Source: Octopus vulgaris
Lineage: Eukaryota
Direction of reading: 5' to 3'
Length of the DNA stretch: 64,000 nucleotides
Assembly (NCBI GenBank): GCA_951406725.2
Contig: OX597821.1
Location: 101,370,001-101,434,000 of the forward strand
Part shown: positions 11,947-24,572 of the stretch, piece after piece
How positions within the stretch are numbered: the stretch's first letter is position 1
Layout of the letters: every line of letters starts with the position of its first letter
Position numbers and translations under genes: made by a program
Notes under the pieces: model-generated
Told to the model about the DNA's origin: nothing
Seen by the model: only the letters and a program-made list of their open reading frames with translations
The model's database searches: none

Positions 11947-14900
11947 ATCTAACTCATGCTAGTAAGGAAAAAAATAAACAAATATACACACAAACACTCA
12001 TCAAACTCATCTTATTAACCACCCTCCCCCTTTTTTGTAGAGAGAAAGAAATAATAGCTTCAACTTGATTTGAACTTGTAATGTGAAGGGATGAATCTAA
12101 GTGCATAAATCTTTTGTCCTACTCTGTTAGGTCTTAACCATATTCACTCCTTCAACTGAACTAGAATTATCTAATTATAAGGGGTAAATAAGAAACTAAT
12201 AATTTTATTTGCTACTTATTTTTGAAACTCAAAGGAATCTCTAAATTCATGATACCATTCACTTGAATTCAGAGACGTGTAAAATGGCCATTCACATTAC
12301 CACCATAAATGATGTGTAATATCTTCTACCTGGAAGAATGTAAACTCGTAAGTTGCAAATTTCATTTGCCAGGAGACTACCATCTAATCTGTGACATTTA
12401 CTAGAGCTGAATATACTTCTTCAACTATTTATAGTTCCTGTAAATCATTTCTATTTCACTATAAAACTGCATGCGTAATGGATTGTATGTTCAGAAAAAA
12501 ATATGTTTGCTGTGAGATAAAGAATTATTTCAAAAGTATTTATACAATCAATATTGTCTGCAAACTTAAAAATAATTTTCTGTGTAACATATCACTTCCT
12601 CTCCTGTGAGTGTAACAGTTACTACATTTATTCTAAAAAGAGGTGTAAATCATAATAGAATAGTCAAGGTTTATCCTTCATGATGTATAACATTTTTATA
12701 TTTCTACAACTTTTATAGAATTACATCACTTGTTATAATGAAAATTTCCAGACAATTTTTGTTTTATATGCATTTTGCTTTCTATATATATTTTATGATT
12801 GTTTTTCTGTTTATAGATTTATTGTTGGAAATTACTTTTCAAATTAATTTCAGTCACACAAAATAATAAGCATGTAACTCTGTTACTTTCTCCTGGTAGT
12901 CAATAAATCTATTAGGACGTAGTGTTATGATATATATTTTATGTTATAATATTGTAGATGAAACCACCTATGGAGTCAGTGTAACTAAAAGCTCAAACTA
13001 AGGTTAAATATTTCTCTTGTGATAGAAACAATCTATTATTCAAATATTACATATCATTTTGTAGGTATTTTTGGTGATAATTTGGGGTTTTAAAGAAAGC
13101 TAGATAAATGGTTAATGACTTATAATATAAAAATTGTCAGCCTTGATTACATTATGTATCAGATGTCAAGCATTTTGTTAAATTATTCATTTGACTTCAC
13201 ATATTTGGAAATATTTACCATCCTAGAATTAACCAGAACAGTTATGAATGAATGAACATTTATTTATTGCATGAAATACTGAAAGTATTCCACATTACTG
13301 GAGTAATTCATTTTTCAACAAAAGTGATCAGACTGTATATAGTAACTATTGTAGAATCAGTTTGATTAATATCACTACTTCATACTGTTCAACAGATTTC
13401 TCTACTATGGACATGCTTATTCTCCTTCAAACCAGGGTGGTGTCCACTCTGGCTGTGGATGCAGTGATGTCACCTGAATAGCACTTGAACCAGACGTGGT
13501 CTTTCCAGTAACACATGTTTACTCTACATGTGAACTCATATGATGAACTGAAAATGGGAGTATAATATTACACACACTGGGGTGTAGATAACTAAGTATG
13601 TATACATGCACACATGTATGTATACAAACCTTCAAATCACATAATTATATATATGTGTATGTGTGTCTGAATGTATTAATGATTACAAGGTAGGTTAATA
13701 TTTAGAGGTCTTCTAGAAGAAAAGCAAAGAGGTTTTTAAAAGTGCTTAGGTCAAATTTGAGAATAATTCACTACACAGAAGTCATGGCTCATCTTCATGT
13801 AAAATTGCTGCATTGAAAAAAATAGAGATAACACAGGAATTTGAATGTTTCCATTCTCTCCTGTCAGCTGGTATGCTGCCATTGAGAGTGATAAGCTAAA
13901 AATACATTGGCACTTGCTATATCTACCACTGTTGCTGGATTCCAAAGGATCTATTTTTCCATAGGCAGAATTTGAACTGAGAATATACAGTACCAGGATA
14001 GATGATGTAAAGCATACTGTCCAACATTTTAACACTTCAACCAGCCCACACCCCTGCACTGGTACTTTATTTATCAACCCTGAAAGGAGGAAGGGCAAAA
14101 ATTGATACTGACTGGAGTTGAACTCAGAAAGACAGAACAAATGGTAGCGATGGTGGTGCCAGCAGCTGCTGCTTTCATTGAAATGCATTTATTTTGACAT
14201 TTTAAAACTTGACATAAATTCAGTTGTTATAGATCCAAGATTTATAAGCTGTTTGTCTATAGCTGACACCAAATATCTCAGAAATAACGGAAGATTATCT
14301 GTCATACTTTATTTTCAATTTAATATTCTTCAAAACATCGTCTGCCTCTACAATATAGTTCACTAATATGCAGTTATTTCAAAGTAGGTTATATTCAGGC
14401 TAAAGTGTGAATAAATATAAAAAATAATCTAAAGCAGAAGGATTTGAATGTATTAATGTTCTTCATATTTGTATTGTTGGATATAATTCCTTTACTCGTA
14501 AATTTTTTCTGTTCATTCTTTACCTTCAAATAATTCATCAGCTAAAAGGATTTTTTTTAATATACTTTGATATTTTAAATCCATTTGCTAAATCATTTTT
14601 AGAAATTAAAATCTAAAAAGGGTTTAAACTGTTTGAAGCAATATGCAATTTTTGGAAGCTCAAGTTTTATACACTTCAATGACATGTGACTAAGAAATAG
14701 TTTTGGGGGTTTTTTTTTTGTTTTTTGTTTTGTTTTTTCATGTAAAATTATTGGACAAATTTGCATGTAGAAATATTCCAAATGTAAAGTAGTTTTTATA
14801 TTTGTCTAAAACTTAAAACAATTTTTTTAATCCAATATATATATCATTGCTTTTTTTTTTTTTGACGAGCATCTGTTCTAGATTTATAATGAAAATGCAA

Positions 14901-17374
14901 CATGTCCCTTAAAGATTTGATTATATCTTTCTTTGCTATGAGGATTTATATATGATATAGTCAGTTAGTGATAATACACTGTGATTTAGTTCATGCTCAG
15001 CTTATGCCAAACAGTCATTAAAAGATCAGCTCAGCCAGTTTGTCTGTGACATATATTTGTATATGGGTTTAAAAGTTGTAAGGAATGCAGCTCATTACAT
15101 ATATTAAGAGTAAGTTATTTCTCTTGAGTAAAGAACTTTAAAAACATAGGAATAGAGAAGGTAGGGAATTGGTAAATTGAAATGAGCATAGAAAGTTAAG
15201 GAGTTGGAGGTCTAAGGTATCAAAGAATGTATTATAAAATGTTGTGAGTTGCAGTTTAAAACTGAAGAGGTAAATAGAGAGAATGTGATTGCCGCTGGTA
15301 AATAATCGAATATTGAACCATTTCACAATATGGAAATGAATATATAAGAAAGGTTAAAAATATCAAATAGTTTGTTATAATGTGCAGTGATATTAGGAGC
15401 AGCTTTTAATGAGTTAAGAAAGAGAAAGTAGTTGAATTGTGATTGTTTTTTATAGTAGTTAAATTTGATCTGTTCATTTTGTTAGTGTAATTTTCCAGTA
15501 TTTCAGGAGTTACTTATCAAAGTGGTAACATTTAGTGAAAATTTCTGATCTGTCATTTAGCTATGTTTGCATATTTATTAAGGTATTTGAGTATGTTTCT
15601 TTCTCAATTACACATACCCTGAAGCATTTTCCATTTCTTTAAGACCTGTATCTCACAAGGATCTTCCACACGATATTGAAACCTGTCACATATTTTTTAA
15701 GCTCCAAGTAATCCATAACCAAATTTGTGTAGGTTGAGATGCTTTGGTTCCCATCACTGTTCTAGATTTATGTTGATGAAAGTTTACATCAAACAGGAAA
15801 TAGTTATTTTAGATAATAAATTCTAAACTTTCATTTATTTATATTTTTCTGTTCTATTCTGGTAATTTGTCTTCAAAATTCTGCAGCTACTGTTTTATTG
15901 CTTCTATTCAATAATCATGGGAGCTATTTGTATATAAATTCACTACATCAAAAAATACAATGTATTCTTTTCATTGACCATATTTGGAAGGTGATTCAAC
16001 ATATTAGGTCATTGCTTATAAACCTTTTGATGTGTTTGAAAAATGTTTTCAGTAAAATGTCTAAAAAAATTACTCAGATACAAGTTTCATATACTGGACC
16101 TCCTACTATTTAAAATTAGAACTATTGGTTGTAATTTTAAATCACCTGATAATAAAACATTGATTCATATACATGTGGATTTTTTGCATGCTTCAGTTAT
16201 CTTATTTTTGTGACTTTTTTGGTAAGCCATAGAAAAGATGTGATTTACATTTAAAATTACTTATATAATTACATTCTTAATGAATTCTTTTCGGTACAAG
16301 TGTAAGAAAACTAAGATTTTTCATTAGTTTTTGCTGGTTGTAGTTTTTAATCTTTTCATAGTATATATTGTCTGCTTGCTTAGATAAAAAAAAATTTTAT
16401 AATTCTCAGTATCCATCAATATACTTGCACTCCATTTATCAGCTTCTTTATATGTCAATTCATTATCATTTCTCAATTCAATTATGCTTTCCTATTCAGT
16501 AGTGCTGAATTTTCACTTAATTTTTTGTTTATTTATACTTTAGGGAAAAATTCAAAATGAGGTCACAAAAATCATCAAGAGTTTTATTCCTACTTTTTTG
16601 TGATAGTTGTTACTAATAACAAATTCATCATTGTTTATTCTCATCAAATAATTCTCTGTGAATTGCTATTTTCTACAAAATTCTGAAATGTCATTTTTAA
16701 TTTCATTATAATTAGATCTCTGCGGGGTTGGGGTAAATTTTACTCCTTTCGCTAGTATGTTGATTTATTGTATACTGTCTCCTTTGATAAATTTATAACA
16801 TTTATTGGGATTGGTTGTTCATATTTGTTAACAAATAATCTGCTGGGTTTGCACTTTCAAATATGCAGTAAGATATCTCTTACGTGAAAAACAGTTAAGA
16901 GTGAGTGATAGCAAAGGCATCTTGCTGTAAAATAACACCTCACTGCCTCTGTAATTTTATGTCCATTGAAAATATGGAAATAAAAAAAAAGGAACAAATT
17001 AACATGTCTCTATAAAAGTTAAATATAAGTGTAGAGTGTCGAGCAAATAATTTTATTTTACAGATTTAGTGACTTAGCAAAGAAACTCCAATTTTGCTAA
17101 TTCAGAAGAGCTGACTTAACAAAAATGGATTTCCTTTGCTAAAACTATTAACTTGTAAAACACACACACACACATATATCATCATTATTACTTTTACATT
17201 CATTTATGCATACTAGGCAGATTTTCTAAGGCCAGATAAACTTCATGCTACTAATCCCAACTTTTTGTTCATGTCGGGCAGTTTTAAACCCAGTTGTCCT
17301 CACAAAACCACTGAACTACAACACTCTTTTTTTTTTTACTGTAAAGCTCTTGCTATTTTAGCTCAAATGGCATT

Positions 17375-17692
17375 AGTGCCGCTGGACTGACTCCTGTGCA
17401 GGTGGCAAGTAGAGAAACACCGTTTCAACTCTGTGCTTGAGGAAACCTTGTGAGTCAGGTACAGCAACATCAAAGATCAATGGAAATTGTAGTTGTGATC
17501 CCTGTGCCGGTGGCACGTAAAAAGCAACCACTACACTCACAGTGTGGTTGGCATTAGGAAGGGCATCCAGCTGTAGAAACACTGCCAGATCAGACCGGAG
17601 CCTGGTGCAGCCTTCTGGCTTCCCAGACCCTGGTCGAACCGTCCAACCCATGCTAGCATGGAAAATGGACGTTAAACAATGATGATGATGAT
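17375..17692 (+). mobile_element. Family C retroposon with (GAT)n tail
   Basis: High identity to 3841-4030 and 24305-24572. Confidence 0.85.
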
Positions 17693-18082
17693 ATAGAATC
17701 AACATTCATACACATTCATATTAACACATACATAAACTATATATATATATAAGATGAAAACATTTTTTTATAATTCTCATTATTCATCAATATAATTGAG
17801 CTCCCTTTATCAGCTTCTTTAATTGTCAATTCATTATCATTTTTCAATTCAATGTATACATAGATACACATATACAAGACAGGTCTCTCTACAAATCCTT
17901 CTACTTATCTAACAGTTCTTCTCACAAAATATTTAGTCTGTCTAAGTTGATGAGACTTGCGTTGATATGACATGTACTAAGATTGAACCTGAGACCAAAT
18001 TGCCACTAAATTAACTTTGTAATCACACAGTCATGCCTGCACAAATATGTACAGATTTTCATGACAAACATCTATGATTTGC

Positions 18083-18140
<58 letters not shown>

Positions 18141-18161
18141 TATATATATACATATATATAT

Positions 18162-18226
<65 letters not shown>

Positions 18227-18230
18227 CATG
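18083..18230. repeat. (TG)n(TA)n(CA)n compound microsatellite
   Basis: Seen directly. Confidence 0.95.
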
Positions 18231-18599
18231 CACACATTCATATTTCTTATTACTATGAGAATACATATACACCTATGTACAACTTCTAAGATTCATTTGA
18301 CATCTAAAAGGTAATGTTTTAGTTAACATTTTACAAAGACAACGAAAATATCTTTTCCTCCCCATTACTATACTTTTGTGTCTTTCTGCATTAAATTTTA
18401 CTAATACATTCTACATTAGTGAAATTTAACATTTTAAGTGTTTGTTAAATGTGTATTAAATAACCTGAAAAAGCAAATATTTTCACAGATATTTTAAGCT
18501 CGTCTTTATTTTACAAGATAAAAGAAATCTGCTTACATATATTTCTGTATCAGACTCTTTCCACCAGTTCTCTGCCTTGTGTGGTGTATGTATTCTTTT

Positions 18600-18952
18600 A
18601 TTATTTTACTTGTTTCAGTCATTTGACTGTGGCCATGCTGGAGCACTGCCTTTAGTCAAACAAACCGCCCCCAGGACTTATTCTTTGTATAAGCTTAGTG
18701 CTTATTCTATTGTTCTCTTTTGCACACAAACATCAGTTGTCAAGCAATGGTGGAGGGACAAGCACAGTCACACAAATATACACACACACATACATGCACA
18801 CATATATATATGTGATGGACTTCTTACCAAATCCACTCACAAGGCTTTGGTTGGCCCAAGGCTATAGTAGAAGATACTTACCCAAGATGCCATGCAGTTG
18901 GACTGAACCCAGAACCATGTGGTTGGGAAGCAAGCTTCTTACCACACAGCTA
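18600..18952 (-). mobile_element. SINE family B copy
   Basis: Reverse complement of family B with an internal deletion, followed by a long (TA)n at 18962-19025. Confidence 0.85.
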
Positions 18953-18961
18953 CTTGCGTGC

Positions 18962-19027
<66 letters not shown>

Positions 19028-20503
19028 GTCGTTATTTTATTTTCACCATGAGCTTGGAATTGCTGGCATTTATTTGTATTGTCCTTTTTTTTTCTTTTTT
19101 TTCTACTATGCTATAATATTTTCTAACTCATAAAAAAATTGGATTTCATAGTTTTTTGTTTGTAAGCGATAAAGTTCAAATACTTTTCTGTATTACTTCT
19201 CATTTCTAAGAAATCCTTATTCATCAATCCCTGTCTCCTATTGTATTTAAATAATTATTTCACAAAAATGTATTTAAAAAATGAATTACTCCAATCTATT
19301 TATTTCTGATAAGCAATGCAAAATTTTAAAGACTAGCCACTGAAATAATAACTTTGATTTTTACTTGTAATATCAAATGCTAATTAGTTTATTTCACTGA
19401 CATACATGTATTTAGATTCACAATAATTGTTACTGTTATATCATACCATTTCTAATGAATAACACTATTTCAGTATAGATAAAACATTTAGCAAGCCACT
19501 TTACAATACAATATATAATGTATAGGATATAAAATTCATTATAATTTTTTTCTAGTTTATTCATTTCTAACCCATTCTTCCCTACCTCGTACCTTGAAGG
19601 CCCATGTTGACTCTTCATCATCACTTATATCATTTTCCAACTCCACCACCAACCTCTCTCTTCTAAAATGTGAGTCGTCATGTTGCTCCTCTACAGCAAG
19701 GAACCTGTTCTGTTGTGACCCTGTTCTGTTGTGACCCTTTCTGTCATACTTTACCCCCCACTCTGTTCCTCATTCTTTAAGCATAAAATTATCCCTTGCC
19801 ACTTGAAGTTCGTAGTCTTACAAGCTGCATGACAACCTCACTAATGCCAGTGGCTTGAAGAAAGCACACAGTATACTCTGTAAAATGATTGGCATTAAGA
19901 AGGCCATCCAGCTGTAGAATCCATACCAAACTACCAAACACTGGAGTATGATGCAGTCTTTGGGCGCATTGGATTCTGTCAAACTATCTAACCCATGCCA
20001 GCATGGAACAGGAACATTAAATGATGATGGTGAAGATAAAAGGAAAAGCATAATTAAGGTATTAATTAAAGCTTGATTCAAGATTTAAAATCAACAACTT
20101 TGCTAGACAAATAACTTTAAAACACTACATTCAAAAGATATGAGACACTTTAAGTACCAATTTTAGACAATAAGAACATCAATCCTCTAACTGGTAATTA
20201 TAATGTTATAATATCTAATATCATTTAGATTAAAATTGTAGCTAATTCCTGAGCAAATTTAGTTTCATGTATTAAACTGTAAAGGAAAGTAGTAAGCTGA
20301 AATTTAATGGATTTTGTGTCACTGAACCCATATAATAAGTCAATCACCAGTAATAAAGCCTTGCAATAAAATGAATTAGTTTGACCTTCATATTAAAGAT
20401 GTATCTAGGAGATATTGAAGCTTTATGTAAAGTTAAGAGCTAAAGTTTAAAACTTTGGTTGTATCTGAAGTCTCATAATACCATAGATGTCTTTTTTGTA
20501 TAA

Positions 20504-20546
<43 letters not shown>

Positions 20547-20651
20547 CAAATCAGCTCAGCAGAGTCCATTCTGCTCACTGATCTTTCTATTGGTTCTTCA
20601 TTTGTGTCAGCTTCACCTTCTGATCAGCATCAGCATCATTTGACATCCATT

Positions 20652-20660
20652 TATATATAT

Positions 20661-20723
<63 letters not shown>

Positions 20724-20947
20724 ATGTGTATATATGTATATGTATATATGTGTATATATATGTATAGATGTATATGTATATATGTATATGTGTATATATA
20801 TGTATATATTTGTATATGTATATGTGTATATATATATATATACATATGTGTATACATATATGTATATGTCTATATATGTATCAATATATGTGTATATATC
20901 TATATATCTGTATATGTGTGTATATATATATATGTATACATATGTGT

Positions 20948-21020
<73 letters not shown>
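20652..21020. repeat. Long (TA)n/(TG)n/(TATG)n microsatellite, about 370 bp
   Basis: Seen directly; explains the 170-176 aa YIYI ORFs. Confidence 0.95.
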
Positions 21021-21100
21021 GACCGCGTGTGTATCGTTGGCGATTTTCTTTCTCTGTCTTCCCTTTCTTGGACCTTTCCTTTTTCTATGTTTCCGACGAA

Positions 21101-21262
21101 GACAGGTGGTGTAGATAACAAACAAATGTATTAGTTTAATGCTAAGGAAGTGAAAAAGTCTTTAAAGATTCGAGCCTATGCTCTTCCACAGAAAGTAACA
21201 CAGAAAGAAACAATGAGAGAAAATAAAGAATGTGTAGTGGCTAGCGATTTATCATGGCGAAT
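21101..21262 (-). mobile_element. Repeat with hammerhead-like motif, possibly a Penelope-like terminal repeat; second copy at 53763-53943
   Basis: Two similar copies of gacaggtggtgtaga...gaaaaagtcttta...ctcttccacagaaag...gtagtggctagcga. Penelope assignment is inference. Confidence 0.55.
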
Positions 21263-21977
21263 ATATGTGTGTGTGTGTGTGTGTTACACACACACACCAT
21301 TAAAATGCATGTAAATTGTGCACCGGTGGAATTTACACAGGTGATTTTCAGGATAAAAATTGTTAAAAGCTTCTACTTGTGTAAAATTTTCACTCAGTTT
21401 TCAGAATTGCTGATATGGCCAGGGGTTAAAGGTTTTGTATTTAGCATAATTTTACTTACTTATGATTAGATTTTATTAAATTTTCATGAAATAAAAATAA
21501 TTTCTGTTTAACAGGTATCACATTAAAAGCTATTAAATTACAAAGTGTTTGTGTTGTCTATATAAATAAAATCGGGTTTGCAGGACTGTAATATGTCAGT
21601 CCGTTTTACTCACTTGGTTTTCCCCTCTTTCTTCTTTATGAGACTGACAATGGCAGCCTGCTTTAGCCACCCCGGTATACCATCCTCCTCCTCCTCCTCC
21701 CTTGATATTAGCTTTCCAATAATAAAAATAAATAAATGAAAAATATGACTCTGATTGTGTGTTTGTGTGTGTGTGTGTGTGTGTGTTTGCGTGTGTATAA
21801 CTGTATAAGCCTTGTTTGTGTGTGTGTATGTGTGTGTGCATGTAACTCTATGAGAATGTGTGTGTGTTTGTGTGTGCGCATATACGCGTACCTGTATGAG
21901 ATTGTGTTTGTGTGTTTCTGTGTAACCGGAAATAACTGAAGTATTATTTTACAAATTGTGAGCATGTATACATGATA

Positions 21978-22400
21978 TAATGAAGGAAATTGTTGTATAC
22001 AATACTCTGGTGCACTACAACTAAAAAAAAGCCATCAGGTGCACTGGTGACGGATTTCAGAAAGCATGGCAGTTTTGAAGGATGTCATGTCTCAACAGCT
22101 AACAACTGATGCAGGTAGTTTATTCCATGCTTCAGTTAGTTAGTTAGTTAGTTAGTTAATTTGGCTCAAAAGCAAATAGCAAGGCCATGTAGAGGGACAT
22201 GGAGTTAAGTACAGGGTGGTGTTCATGTAAAGAGTTCAGGCCACTTGAGGTCAAGGGAGGCTTTGAACAAAGCAGTCGTCGGCATCTTCACCATCTCGTC
22301 TGGCAGCTTGTTCCACGCAATTCTAGGCATGAAAAAATGTTTCTGAAAGTCATGGGTGCTGTGTTGTTTTTTTTCCCCCGTGAGTGTTTGTCATATGAAA
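21978..22400 (-). mobile_element. CR1-like LINE 3' fragment interrupted by a second CR1-like fragment (22136-22317)
   Basis: Host translates KQHSTHDFQKHFFMPRIA|EAWNKLPASVVS. Insert translates AWNKLPDEMVKMPTTALFKASLDLKWPELFT* with a (TAAC)n tail. Host family also at about 54385-54625. Confidence 0.75.
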
Positions 22401-23391
22401 TTCAAAAAGGTGCCCAAGATTGTTGTTGGAAAGATGGTGGATAATTTTGCTTATAATAAACTTTATTTTACATTTCTTGCCCACAAGAGATTATGTCCTA
22501 TCTTTAGCATACTGCTGTATGTCTTCTCAAACCAGGATCACAGGAAAAGTTGTTGATAAGAATTATCAACAAAAACGAAGCTGATAAATATGCACAGGTA
22601 TTACAAATTAAGTTTAATTACCAATAAACATCAGCTTGGATAACACTTAACAGAGTAAAATATGGCCCAAACCGTGATTACCAGCATCAATGTCAAACTT
22701 CAAAAAGTAGTTAACCATTTAATGGTTTTAGTAAATTTATACAGAAAACGTAAGCATTATACAGTCCAGCATAAATAAAAGTCAACTCCATTATATTTAA
22801 GCCCATTAAATGAGTCGACTTCTGGTACAAATGTTTACATTTTGTACATCTTTTTTCAACAAAAAAATTCCTAAAAAATTTCAGGAAACAATCTACTTAT
22901 GTAATTTACGCACCCACTAAAGTTTATTTTTATTTTTGTGAAATGTGCATAAGTTACATGGGTTTTTACGGTATATCTGGCATCTTTCACTTCACATCTA
23001 TCAAATCCACTTACAAAGTTGTGGTTGGCCTGGGGCTTTAGTAGAAGGCACTTGCTCAAGGTGCCATGTAGTGGGACTGAACCTGAAACTATGTACTTGG
23101 GATACAAACTTGTTAACCACACAGCTATACTTGCATCTTCTATACACTCAGAAATCTACCTTACTGTTACTATAGTTCTTGAATATCTTTTAAAAGAACA
23201 GATTCCAAATTAATTATTTACAATAAACTTAATGATTTAAAGGGTTGATTGTAGCAAATCAACCCTTTCAGTTACGAGATACCACTAAATGTGCAAGTTA
23301 AGTATGAGTTGATTAATTTTTCAGTTATAATGAAACTTTTGTTTTTTGAATGAAGAGCAAATTATAAAAATCCTTTATTTTGCATTAACAG

Positions 23392-23522
23392 GCTGACCTA
23401 CAGACCAGCTCACAAAGATTGATGCTCTCTGGTGTAACCCCACATCCTACTGCTGAACTCACTCCAAATGATAGTATTGATGGAGTGATTCATCATGAAG
23501 TCAAAGAACTTGGGACACACAT
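23392..23522 (+). CDS. TRAPPC13: TRAPPC13 internal coding exon ([43 protein letters not shown]+AT)
   Basis: Acceptor tttgcattaacAG, donor GTAAGT; 131 nt, phase 0 to 2. Translation matches the TRAPPC13 segment [10 protein letters not shown]...VIHHEVKE(I/L)GTHI as recalled from vertebrate orthologues. Confidence 0.96.
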
Positions 23523-23649
23523 GTAAGTTTATCAACTGATATTTTATACGTATTGGCTTAGATCCAAACTTTGATTCTGAATTTTAAAATATTTAGATAT
23601 TTTGAAAGAATAATTTGAATTTATAAATAACCTAGAAGACGTTATCTTT

Positions 23650-24050
23650 TTATCTTTCACTTGTTACAGTCATTGGACTGCTGCCATGCTGGGGCACTGC
23701 CATGAAGGGTTTAGTCAAATAAATCAACTCCAGTTCTTATTTTTTTAAAGTCTGGTGCTTACTCTATCAGTCTCTTTTGCCAAACTACTAAGTTACCAGA
23801 ATGTAAACAAACCAACACAAATTGTCAAGCAGTCGAGAAGGGAGTGGGGTAAACGTACATACACACACTCAAATACACACAAACACTCAGCAAGCTTCCA
23901 CACAGTTTCTGTCTACCAAATTCAGTCATGAGGCAGTGGTCAGCACAAGGTTGTATTAGTAGAAAACACTTGTCCAATGTGTCACACAGTAGAACTGAAC
24001 CTTAAACCTCTTGGTTGCAAAGCAAGCTTCTCAACCAAACATGCCTTTGC
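23650..24050 (-). mobile_element. Older SINE family B copy
   Basis: Diverged reverse complement of family B. Confidence 0.75.
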
Positions 24051-24304
24051 CTAAAATTTTGAGTCATGGAATTTTTTATTTTGATTATAAATATTATCAA
24101 GCTATCATGTCTGCCATTTTTAAATTGTTCCTTCAATACAACAAACTATTAATTATTTTCAGCAATCAATCGATGTTCTGCATGATGTTAGGCACTTTGC
24201 ATTTACTATTATTTAAGGATTTTTTAGCCCGAGAGATATAAAACCTCAGGATTAGTGATATAAAATCCTTAGCTAGATAATTTCAAGGAAAACATATTAA
24301 AAAT

Positions 24305-24572
24305 TGGACTGGCTCCTGTGCAGGTGGCACATAAAAAAACACCATTTGAGCATGGCCGTCGCCAGAACCACCTGACTGGCCCTCATGCCGGTGGCACGTA
24401 AAAGCACCCATACACTCTCAGAGTGGTTGGCATTAGTAAGGGCATCCAGCTGTAGAAACTCTGCTAGATCAGACTGGAGCCTGATGCAGCCATCTGGCTT
24501 GCCAGTACTCAGTCAAACCATTCAACCCATGCCAGCATGGAAAGCAGATGTTAAATGAGGATGATGATGATG
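24305..24572 (+). mobile_element. Family C retroposon
   Basis: gactggctcctgtgcaggtggcac...gggcatccagctgtagaaac...gatgatgatg. Confidence 0.85.

Noticed and set aside
13751-14188. 145-aa minus-strand ORF
   Set aside because: Overlaps family E SINE fragments; no recognisable domain or splice context.
20604-21134. Long ORFs of 100-176 aa (also near 3550, 4800, 18050, 29128, 47782, 53050, 55416)
   Set aside because: Translations of microsatellites ([12 protein letters not shown], poly-D) with no coding signal.
1-23391. Upstream TRAPPC13 exons (for example NIFLGETFSSYISVHND)
   Set aside because: Not found by eye. They probably lie 5' of the window, though a missed short exon cannot be excluded.
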